64,000 nucleotides of DNA from Candidatus Hydrogenedentota bacterium (lineage in GTDB: Bacteria; Hydrogenedentota; Hydrogenedentia; Hydrogenedentales; SLHB01), in the NCBI GenBank assembly GCA_045863295.1, contig BTWA01000018.1, positions 32,001 through 96,000 on the forward strand, written 5' to 3'. Position 1 is the first letter of the stretch; every line of letters starts with the position of its first letter. Below the pieces are notes generated by a model that was not told the origin of the DNA, did not search any database, and saw nothing but the letters and a program-made list of their open reading frames with translations. Below, in pieces: positions 7,023 through 15,177 of this stretch. The position numbers and the translations under genes are program-made.

Positions 7023-9576
7023 CCACTTTATCCCCCACTTGCACGACGCCCAGTTGTTGGTTTTCACGGGTAATCATCACCGCGGCGGTACTGTCCGAAG
7101 CACCCACCCCATCGACCAAGGCTTCGCCGACGATGCTAACTTCTTTATCCACCACTTCATTGGTAATCGGATCGAGGATGTCATTCCCTTCACGGTACAC
7201 CACATACTTCATGGATTCGCGCACTCCTTCCAGCTCTGAGAGGTCGCTTGTGAATCCACGTGTGTACTCTACCGACTGCGGTGCTTTCTCTGGCAGCTTG
7301 CCTATCAACGCCGTGGCTACCCGCCGGATGAGCAATGTCTTGTCGTCGGGAGATCCAACCGCACCGGTCTCCATGTGGCTCGCGGCCACCACACTCGTTG
7401 CCGTGTCGACGGCTTCCAGCCGCACCGTGGTCTCAATACCCACTTGCGACATCGACAACCGAATCAGCCAATCGGTCGGCTCCATCGCTTCCAATGCCAA
7501 CCGCGCACTTTCCGACCCGAGCGCCTCGCTTAGTTCCTGTTCCGCGAGAATCGCGTCGATATTCTCCCTGTCCACAATTGAAAAGCGATTTGATATATCG
7601 AATTCCCGTTCCAATTCCTGTAGCGCGTTTAGCACGTCTTCATCCGAAGACTCGCTGGATTCAAGTGAGGTTTGGTCCAGGAAGGCGATGGTCGCGCGCG
7701 ATGCGGTGACCTGGGTTGTCTCTGTGCCGCGCACATTGACGACCTGTCCCGAAACCCGTGGGAATTCCTGAAAGGTGCGCAAGGCAAGATCGCCGACTAA
7801 CTGCCTCAATTCGTCTTCCGATTCCGCGTTCCCTGCCACGTCCATTCGCGCGACAAACAACGAAGTTTCAGAACTGACTGCCTCTAAGACAATTTCGATA
7901 CTGTCCGCATCGCGGTAGACCCGTCCGATAAGCAGCACTTCTGCGGGCGTGATCGAACCCATCGCGACTCCGCCAAGCGCGGCCCGGCCTTCCCGCGATC
8001 CGAGCGCGGCCGCCAATTGCTGCTCGGAAAGCACTTCGCCAAGGTCGTCACGGTTCACAAAATTGAACCGGTCGTACTTTCGTAGCTCGCTGTCCAGCAA
8101 CGAGACTATCAGCCGATCTTCGTCGTTCAATAGCTGGCCTTTGCCTTTCCACACATTGCCGAGCAGAGACACAGTCAACCGTCCGGACGTGTCTTCCAAG
8201 GGCGAAAGCTCTCGCAGAATGCTGACCCCTGCCGAAGTCTGGTTGCCCTGATCGTCTTTTACTGTCGCTTCCAACTGGTTCACGCCTTGGTCCAGGCGAA
8301 TTCGCCGGCTCAAACGCTGCACCGATCGCCCCGGTACTGTGTCCAGAGGAATGCCATTGAGATCAATTGTGGAAACCGGCGTGGGTGTTACCACATCGAG
8401 ACTTACCAGAATCTCGTCGATACGAAAAACTTGATCGGGCCGCAGGTTGGTGAACCGAATTTCCGGTGTTGCTTCGGCCGCGGCCGGCACCGCCGCCATG
8501 GCCACCACCCGTCCGTTCAATGCCAGGGCGCGAATCCCCGGGGCCACTTCGACGACTTCAGGCCGATACGAGGCGAACATGGTTTCCGGCAATGCAGAAG
8601 ACAGCATGACTCCGTCCGCGGTCAGTTGGCCGCGAGTAATGTTGCCCAGCGTGTCCTTGCTTTCGTAAAGAACAGGAGCCGCCAAAACGGACTTGCTCAC
8701 CCCCGCCGAGAATACATAAGTTCCGTCGGCTTGCGAAGTCAGAGTGGCGGCCGCCCCGCCAATCGTCACAGATTCGACCCCGCTGACATCGTTCACTGCC
8801 CCGGTCACCGTACCGGGCAGTGTAAGCGGCCGGTCAAAACTCAGTGCGGGCCCATCCACGTCGGACTTGATGTCCACGGTGGCTACCGCTTTCTTGCCCA
8901 ATACATCTTCCGTCTCAACCGTGATGGTGTTCTGTCCGGGCCGTAAAACAACCGATTGCTTGAAGGCCACTGGATTGTCCGCAATCTTCAGTGCGTACGG
9001 TTGCCCATCGATGGTGATTCTCGCAATGTAGTTGTCGTCCCTCGCGACACCTTCCACATCAACCACGAGCGAACCCACCGGCACGCCGCCGCTAGGCGAG
9101 GCCAATTCGATGGTCGGGTCCTCAGTATCAGCACCGGCCTGCGAAAGTTTGTCTTTCAGCGCGCGCTCAATGAAATAGGCTGCCCGCGCCGATTCCGTCT
9201 GTTCGTAGCTCAGCCGCAACACGTCGATTGCTTCGTCGTACCGGCCCTGGTGATACAATGCGATTCCCAATTCGCGATTCGGAAAGTATTCGGGAATGAA
9301 ATGCAGTCCGTAGGTACGGGGCCACAATTGATCGCCCTTGCGCGTGAGCATCGCCGTGCGGAAATCCTCTTCCGCCTCGACCCAGTACTTGCCAGAATCG
9401 GCAAAGGCCCGGCCGCGCTCGTAGTAGTTCCACCACCGCCCGCGGAACGGGCCTTCGTAATTCACTTCCGGATACTGGCTCATGTCGCGGCCTTGAATTC
9501 CGAGCGAAGTCGTGGCACAACCGGTAAGCACGCCCACGGCCAGAGACAGCAGAATGTAGCGTTTAAGTTTTGTCAT
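7012..9576 (-). CDS. Lipoprotein with N-terminal TPR, Ig-like repeats, two CsgG/HfaB-like domains and an FlgT-C-like domain
   Basis: Lipobox VLTG-C; TPR-like RELGIALYHQGRYDEAIDVL; Ig-like LRPGQNTITVETED and LDQGVNQLEATVKD; two copies of RFxxVxRxxLxxxLxEQxL. Confidence 0.8.
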   Translation of the reverse strand: MTKLKRYILLSLAVGVLTGCATTSLGIQGRDMSQYPEVNYEGPFRGRWWNYYERGRAFADSGKYWVEAEEDFRTAMLTRKGDQLWPRTYGLHFIPEYFPNRELGIALYHQGRYDEAIDVLRLSYEQTESARAAYFIERALKDKLSQAGADTEDPTIELASPSGGVPVGSLVVDVEGVARDDNYIARITIDGQPYALKIADNPVAFKQSVVLRPGQNTITVETEDVLGKKAVATVDIKSDVDGPALSFDRPLTLPGTVTGAVNDVSGVESVTIGGAAATLTSQADGTYVFSAGVSKSVLAAPVLYESKDTLGNITRGQLTADGVMLSSALPETMFASYRPEVVEVAPGIRALALNGRVVAMAAVPAAAEATPEIRFTNLRPDQVFRIDEILVSLDVVTPTPVSTIDLNGIPLDTVPGRSVQRLSRRIRLDQGVNQLEATVKDDQGNQTSAGVSILRELSPLEDTSGRLTVSLLGNVWKGKGQLLNDEDRLIVSLLDSELRKYDRFNFVNRDDLGEVLSEQQLAAALGSREGRAALGGVAMGSITPAEVLLIGRVYRDADSIEIVLEAVSSETSLFVARMDVAGNAESEDELRQLVGDLALRTFQEFPRVSGQVVNVRGTETTQVTASRATIAFLDQTSLESSESSDEDVLNALQELEREFDISNRFSIVDRENIDAILAEQELSEALGSESARLALEAMEPTDWLIRLSMSQVGIETTVRLEAVDTATSVVAASHMETGAVGSPDDKTLLIRRVATALIGKLPEKAPQSVEYTRGFTSDLSELEGVRESMKYVVYREGNDILDPITNEVVDKEVSIVGEALVDGVGASDSTAAVMITRENQQLGVVQVGDKVVVK

Positions 9577-9597
9577 GACCTTCCGCAGTCAATCCAG

Positions 9598-12225
9598 TTA
9601 CGAGTTTGCTACAGCTTCACGTACCAGCAGTTCCTTGCCCGCGGGCAATTGAACATCCGATTGAATTGTCACGTCCGCCGAACGATCGCCAATGCTGCTA
9701 GTGACCACCGCAAACGCATTCGCGTTGGATGGACGAAACGCCTCATTTACGACCGACCCGACCTCGAACCGCATGCCCTCCCGAACGCCAACATTGCTGC
9801 CCACGTCAATCTTGCCATTGCCATTCGCGTCAACCGTCAACGTTGCCTGAATGGGATATCGCTTTTTTACCGCCGTAGCGATGTCCGCGGCCACTTTCTT
9901 ACCAAGTTCGGTGAAATCCCCTCCGTCTTGCAACGGCATTGACGTAATTACCGGCGTGTCCTGCGACGTCCACACATCTACAAGGCGAGTGGTCAGATAG
10001 TCTTTGTCTTTGACCGAGTTGAATTCAAGTTTCACAAAGAACCGGGCGCTCATGAACTGACCGATTTTCGATTTATCGACTCCTAGTTGCGACAGCGTTT
10101 GCTCAGTAAGTATCTCATTTATCGCGGCCCGGTTTACCATTTCCAGCCCATGCGCAGACGCGAGCGTGTCGCCTGCAACCTGCGGCATCAAATCCGTGAA
10201 TCCATTATCTTCCGCATAAGCAGTCGCCTTTTCGACCGGCATGAAGTAAAACCGGACAGTGTCGCTGGTCCATTCATCCTTGGGCGCCTCCGGCTTCGGA
10301 TTGGCTTTCATGGCAGCCAACACGTCCGCGACAAGCGCCTTGGTTTCCGCCCGCTCCTGAGCCTGCTTTTGCTTCTGAATGAATTCCAGATAGGCGTCGG
10401 CAATCTTCTGATCATTAGCCGGAGCCAATTCTTTCAGCGACGCAAAGATTTGCTCCGCTTTCTCCAACTCATCCAACTTCACATAGGCTTGTCCCAGCGC
10501 CTGCAAGGCTTTTTCCTTCTGCCACTGGAAATTGAAGTTCTGATCTTGTATCGCTTCCAACGCTTTCGCCGTTTCCTCGGCGTTTCCCGCAATCATACCT
10601 TCCAGCGCCTTCAAATAGGGCGTATTCGCCGCCGAGGCATACTGAACGATTTCCGCCTTCGCACTGGCGCCCTTTTGCATGTATGCCAGAGCCGCCAGCC
10701 CTTCGGTTCTCTTGGCTGTGTCCGTGATGCTTTCAAACGTCTTCTGCGCGTCTGCAAAATTGTTCTGCAGCAATTGCGCGCATCCAAGGCCGTACAATGC
10801 GTCCTCGTTTCCACCCGCCGCCAGCGACTCGTACTTGGCTTTCGCAGCGTCCAATTGACCCTGATTCAATAAGCTGTTGGCCTCGGCAACAGGTCCGTTG
10901 TCCTGGCTGCCTCCGCCAAACAACACAACCCAACCGACCAGCACGACCGCCGCCGCAAATGCCGCCACACCGATGTACGTTAACGAACGCGGCTTCTTGG
11001 CATGTTCCGGCTTGATCGCGGATCCGCTCAGTTCACGAAGCATTTCCTCGGGTGCAGGAATCGTTTTCTCCAGTTGCGATTCTTGTGCCTCCAGGGCGTG
11101 CCCAAGATCGCGCGCGAAGTCGTGCGCGCTCTGATAGCGCTGATCCCGGTTGTACTCCAGCGCCTTGTCCACCACTTGAACCAGCGCCGGAGGCAGATCC
11201 TTTCTACGCTCCGTAATGTGTACGGAATTATTCCCGCGTACCTTGTTGATGACCTCCGTCGGAGTCTTGCCTTCGAAGGGGCGCTTGCCCGTCAGCAATT
11301 CGTACAACGAAACGCCCAGTGAAAAAATATCCGTGCGGTTGTCCAGCTCTTCCCCGCACGCCTGTTCCGGAGACATATACGGAGGGGAACCGCTGATCCC
11401 GCCTCCAATGAGCGACGTCTCATTGGAATCCATCAAGCGCGTAAGGCCGAAGTCCGTTATTTTGGCAGGGCCCTCCGGCGTCTCCAGCAGGATATTTGCC
11501 GGTTTGATGTCGCGGTGCACGATGTTTTCGTCGTGTGCGAACGCGAGCGCCTCGGCGCATTGTTTGATTAAACTCACCGCGGTTGGCACGGCGATTCCCG
11601 ACGGATTCGATTTTATCAACGACGCGAGACTCGTGGGCACGTATTCCAATATGAAATAATTCATATCATTGAATTCGCCCCACGCAAAAATATCCACGAT
11701 GTGCGCGTGTTTACCCAGCTTCGCAATCGCCTTAGCTTCACGCTCGAACAGACTGCGATGCTTTTCGTTCATCGGGTTGCGCAGGAACTTTAATGCCACC
11801 TGCCGGCCAAGTTTTTCATCGACCGCATGGTACACATTGCCGAACCCGCCTTCGCCCAGAAGTCCATCTATCGCGTAATTCTGAATCTGCGCGCCAATCA
11901 ACGGATCGCGTGGATCAGATCCGAACGAATCCGACGTGCCAATCGTCTCAACGGTAGGCTCGTCGCTTCGAACCATACGGCTCTGCGCCGACGGGTTTGA
12001 AAGACTCGTGGGTTCGGACCCGCTCAGATTTCGAGTTTCACCAGAATCGGACATATTTATCCTCCAGGCATCGGCTAGGGATTCAAAGCGCGCAGTGGGA
12101 ACTTCGTCGGAACGAACGACCGCCTCTCGAGCAGCAAAGTCGCTCTGCGCCAAGTCGATCCCCTGATTATCAGGGGATTCCGCTTGTTCAGGAGAATCCT
12201 CACCTCTGGCCGATTCACTATTCAT
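9598..12225 (-). CDS. Membrane-anchored Hanks-type Ser/Thr protein kinase with extracytoplasmic TPR, CsgG-like and FlgT-C-like domains
   Basis: LGEGGFGNVY, VALK, HRDIKPANILL, KITDFGL, GSPPYMSPEQ, TDIFSLG; one TM helix (YIGVAAFAAAVVLVGWVVLFGG); TPR helices; VNRAAINEILTEQTL; IDVGSNVGVREGMRFEV. Confidence 0.92.
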   Translation of the reverse strand: MNSESARGEDSPEQAESPDNQGIDLAQSDFAAREAVVRSDEVPTARFESLADAWRINMSDSGETRNLSGSEPTSLSNPSAQSRMVRSDEPTVETIGTSDSFGSDPRDPLIGAQIQNYAIDGLLGEGGFGNVYHAVDEKLGRQVALKFLRNPMNEKHRSLFEREAKAIAKLGKHAHIVDIFAWGEFNDMNYFILEYVPTSLASLIKSNPSGIAVPTAVSLIKQCAEALAFAHDENIVHRDIKPANILLETPEGPAKITDFGLTRLMDSNETSLIGGGISGSPPYMSPEQACGEELDNRTDIFSLGVSLYELLTGKRPFEGKTPTEVINKVRGNNSVHITERRKDLPPALVQVVDKALEYNRDQRYQSAHDFARDLGHALEAQESQLEKTIPAPEEMLRELSGSAIKPEHAKKPRSLTYIGVAAFAAAVVLVGWVVLFGGGSQDNGPVAEANSLLNQGQLDAAKAKYESLAAGGNEDALYGLGCAQLLQNNFADAQKTFESITDTAKRTEGLAALAYMQKGASAKAEIVQYASAANTPYLKALEGMIAGNAEETAKALEAIQDQNFNFQWQKEKALQALGQAYVKLDELEKAEQIFASLKELAPANDQKIADAYLEFIQKQKQAQERAETKALVADVLAAMKANPKPEAPKDEWTSDTVRFYFMPVEKATAYAEDNGFTDLMPQVAGDTLASAHGLEMVNRAAINEILTEQTLSQLGVDKSKIGQFMSARFFVKLEFNSVKDKDYLTTRLVDVWTSQDTPVITSMPLQDGGDFTELGKKVAADIATAVKKRYPIQATLTVDANGNGKIDVGSNVGVREGMRFEVGSVVNEAFRPSNANAFAVVTSSIGDRSADVTIQSDVQLPAGKELLVREAVANS

Positions 12226-12417
12226 CCTACAGCATCCTAAGTTTTCGTACTAGTTCGATTGCGTCGGCAGTCCCAGCACTCACTTTCGGTTCGAGCCGCA
12301 CAACGCTTTGCGCGCCTTATCGATTCACATTGAACTCGTTTCAGTTGGACCCATCGGATCGATCCGGCACTCTGGGCCAGCGGCAAGGTGTCCATGTCGA
12401 CTGGCCAAGGTAGAATT

Positions 12418-12434
12418 AGCAACGCGAGTGCCAA
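12418..12434 (-). promoter_or_regulatory. Sigma54 (-24/-12) promoter upstream of the kinase operon
   Basis: Minus strand TTGGCAC-TCGCG-TTGCT, an exact match to TGGCAC-N5-TTGCW, oriented toward the kinase about 190 bp upstream of its ATG. Confidence 0.8.
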
Positions 12435-12450
12435 CTCTCGGACTGTACAC

Positions 12451-12480
12451 ATAAGTCATTTTTTTATAGATATTTATGCT
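12451..12480. promoter_or_regulatory. AT-rich IHF-like bending site
   Basis: TAAGTCATTTTTT (12452-12464) matches YAANNNNTTGATW with 2 mismatches. It lies in an AT-rich tract at about -45 to -57 of the sigma54 promoter. Confidence 0.5.
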
Positions 12481-12530
12481 CATTGGGCCGTTTTGGAATG
12501 GCTATCGGAAGCTGGATAATTGACTCACCT

Positions 12531-12569
12531 TGATCAGTTATTGAACAACCTGTGTCCAGTTTATGGGCA
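12531..12569. promoter_or_regulatory. Tandem palindromic enhancer (UAS) sites for a sigma54 activator
   Basis: TGATCA-GTTAT-TGAACA (12531-12547) and TGTCCA-GTTTA-TGGGCA (12553-12569). Each is a 1-mismatch inverted repeat; centres are 22 bp apart, at about -132 and -154. Confidence 0.6.
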
Positions 12570-12839
12570 TCGGATCGAAAGGAGTGCCAATCGAAAGGCC
12601 ACAGACGGCGATTTGGATCGGATCCCTGCCGCAATTAGTACAGGCGTAATTCGTGTCACTCGAATCAGTTGGTGCAAGTCCGAACCGCCCTGAAGGATTC
12701 ATGTAAAAAGCCCGGCCGACTGGGAAATACAACGAAGCCTTGTGCTATTCTCCAAGCCGTTTGCTGGGTTCCTGCACATAATGAGAAATACGTTGAACAG
12801 GTCGATTTCTTTACACCGACACCCTGATATGCATAGCAT

Positions 12840-14600
12840 ATGACGCAGCCAATCACTGCCGAGCAAGCATTGCGTAACTTGCGACAGCCCAGGGTTTTAC
12901 ACCCGGTTCTGTTAGCTCTAAGCCCACTTTTCGGCCTATACGCTCAGAACGCAGAATACCTGCCGTTACACGTGCTGATCAGGCCGGCTGTAACCCTCAC
13001 ATTGGGAGCCCTGTTACTTTGGATAGCTTGTTCGCTGATCATTCGAGACCATTTCAAGGGAGGACTGTTTGCTTCAACGCTAATACTGGGGTTGGTGGTG
13101 TTGTGGGGACCCTTGGAAGACATCATTGAATGGGTAGTACCTGTTCTCGCCACTTGGCCGCCTGTTTTCTTCTACGTGGCATACGGTCTCTTCATGATTA
13201 CCGCTACTGCGTACATAATTGTCAGAATCCGCACTCGAGGCGACGACAATCTGAAGGGGTTGCGACTACTCTTCATCTTAACGTTAGCTGGGTTTCTTGT
13301 GGCGGCGTTGCTGTTTTCACCTTTGTTCGGACGCCGCGCTGCCTGGCTAATAACCGGGTACCTCATTTTGCTGGCAATGGCCTCCGTTACAGTCTGGCGA
13401 TATCAGGGCGACCGGCTTCGCGCGACCCGGATGGCGAACTGGTTTGGGACAGTGCTTTTGGCGTTGTACATGGTAGTCGTAGTCTACAACTTGCCCCGGT
13501 CAGATGCCCGCGATCTCGACCCTTTTGCCATTCCGGTTTCGGATCAGCAGGACAAACCCGATGTTTACTGCATCATGGTGGATGGATATCCACGGGGCGA
13601 TGTGCTCCGGTCAACCTACGGGTACAACAACCTCACTTTTGAACAGTTCTTAACCGAAAAAGGCTTCCAAATTGCCGACCGGAGCCGGACCAACTACACG
13701 TCGAATCTGGTCTCGCTTGCGGCGTTCCTGAATGGCGATTATCTGCAAAACCTCGTGCCTGACGAATCGCGCCCCACCGCAGGCATGGAAACAGTGCTCA
13801 GGCTGTACAGACAGAATCGTGTTGCCGAGTTTTTCGACCGGCTCGGCTACACAAGTTACGCATTCTCACCCGGACTTGAGTCAATTGAACCGTATAAAGG
13901 CGCCGACGTAATTCTAAAACCGCCCCATGCGCTCGGAGAATTCGAATTGGTGCTCCTTAACCGTACATTCGTGTCCCGCCTGATGCAGGGAGTGTTCTAT
14001 TTTCTATACCGAAATCCGGCGTACTGGCGATTCGAATTCCGGCGTGAACGCATCCTCTATTGGGCCAACCAGATGGGTAAAGTGGCCGCCGAAGAAGGGG
14101 AACCCAAAATCGTTTTTACGCACCTGCTCGTTCCCGATCCCCCGTTCTTGTTTACGCGTGACGGCCACCGCGCCCAACCGTTTGGCCGCGGATCGCTGGC
14201 CATCGATAGGGAATTTCGCGCTTCGCCGGAAGAATACGTGGCTGCTTACCGGGAACAACTTCATTTCACGAACCAACTGCTGCAAAAAGCAATAGACAGT
14301 GTGTTGGATGCGTCGAAATCGCCTCCAATTATATTGATAGTCTCGGGACAAGGTTCTCGGTTCGTTCGCGGCGTCACCGGAGCGGAGTCCATTCCCAAGG
14401 ATATCTTCTCGAACTTCGTGGCGGTTCATTTGCCCCGGCATGACACCCCTTTGACTCCATTGCCCGCGGATATCACTTTGGTAAACGTCTTTCCGTTTGT
14501 CCTGAATGCTGTTTTTGACGCAGATGTGGACGTCCAAGAAGATGTCTGCTATTCCGTAGCGGAGAGTTCCCCGTTGCAGGCTGAGCCGTTGCCCCAGTGA
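12840..14600 (+). CDS. Multi-pass membrane protein with C-terminal sulfatase/LTA-synthase-like domain (metal ligands degenerate)
   Basis: About 7 N-terminal TM helices; KPDVYCIMVDGY, TNYTSN, HLLVPDPPF, YREQLHFTN, IILIVSGQG. Confidence 0.75.
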   Translation: MTQPITAEQALRNLRQPRVLHPVLLALSPLFGLYAQNAEYLPLHVLIRPAVTLTLGALLLWIACSLIIRDHFKGGLFASTLILGLVVLWGPLEDIIEWVVPVLATWPPVFFYVAYGLFMITATAYIIVRIRTRGDDNLKGLRLLFILTLAGFLVAALLFSPLFGRRAAWLITGYLILLAMASVTVWRYQGDRLRATRMANWFGTVLLALYMVVVVYNLPRSDARDLDPFAIPVSDQQDKPDVYCIMVDGYPRGDVLRSTYGYNNLTFEQFLTEKGFQIADRSRTNYTSNLVSLAAFLNGDYLQNLVPDESRPTAGMETVLRLYRQNRVAEFFDRLGYTSYAFSPGLESIEPYKGADVILKPPHALGEFELVLLNRTFVSRLMQGVFYFLYRNPAYWRFEFRRERILYWANQMGKVAAEEGEPKIVFTHLLVPDPPFLFTRDGHRAQPFGRGSLAIDREFRASPEEYVAAYREQLHFTNQLLQKAIDSVLDASKSPPIILIVSGQGSRFVRGVTGAESIPKDIFSNFVAVHLPRHDTPLTPLPADITLVNVFPFVLNAVFDADVDVQEDVCYSVAESSPLQAEPLPQ

Positions 14601-14659
14601 AAGAGCGCCATTGCTTTGTGCCGTAGGCAACGCCCGCGCACTGCGGAGAAGACGCAAGC

Positions 14660-14689
14660 TTGACACGATATTGTACTTTTTGGCACGAT
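14660..14689 (+). promoter_or_regulatory. Probable sigma70 promoter of the V/A-ATPase operon
   Basis: TTGACA (14660-14665), 18-bp spacer, TGn-CACGAT (14681-14689). Confidence 0.45.
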
Positions 14690-14816
14690 TCCCTCCCGAC
14701 TTCGCGGAATCAACTTGGTGCAGGGTAGCCGGCAAGCGGGCTGCCAAGGGAATCGGTCGGGTCGACTCCGGGGCCAAAATCCCGAATAACAATAATTAAC
14801 ACGCGAGAACTGTGCA

Positions 14817-15173
14817 GTGGAACGTTCCGAGCAAACGGCCGCGAATTCCGTTACGTCATTGAGTGCAATCGCCTTCCACGAACGCAAGCTACTCGGCGAC
14901 CTCGAACAGATAAAGCGTGACGCACGTGCGCTGATAGAAGAGGCCCGGCAGGAATCCCTTCGCCGCATGGCCGCCTCGGAACGGGATCTGGCGGAAGAGA
15001 CGTCCCGAATCATGCAAGCGGCCCGCGATGCATGCGAACGGGAAAGAGCCGCGTTGTTGGCGGCTACGCGAACACGGCTGGAAGCGGAAACCGCCGAAGC
15101 GCGGACCCGGTTTCAAAAGGCTGCTGACGAAGTCGTGAATATGGTCCTTCCCGGCCAGACCGGCCTGAGGTGA
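14817..15173 (+). CDS. V/A-type ATP synthase subunit G/H (peripheral stalk)
   Basis: Ala/Glu/Arg-rich coiled coil ending in VVNMVLP; first gene of the operon, before subunit I. Confidence 0.75.
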   Translation: MERSEQTAANSVTSLSAIAFHERKLLGDLEQIKRDARALIEEARQESLRRMAASERDLAEETSRIMQAARDACERERAALLAATRTRLEAETAEARTRFQKAADEVVNMVLPGQTGLR

Positions 15174-15177
15174 TACC

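Noticed and set aside
12237..12452. 71-aa ORF upstream of the kinase
   Set aside because: It overlaps the sigma54 promoter, has no SD and has non-protein-like composition; more likely promoter plus 5' leader.
14681..14697. TGGCAC as a sigma54 promoter (also at 40187 on the plus strand)
   Set aside because: No GC at the -12 position in either case.
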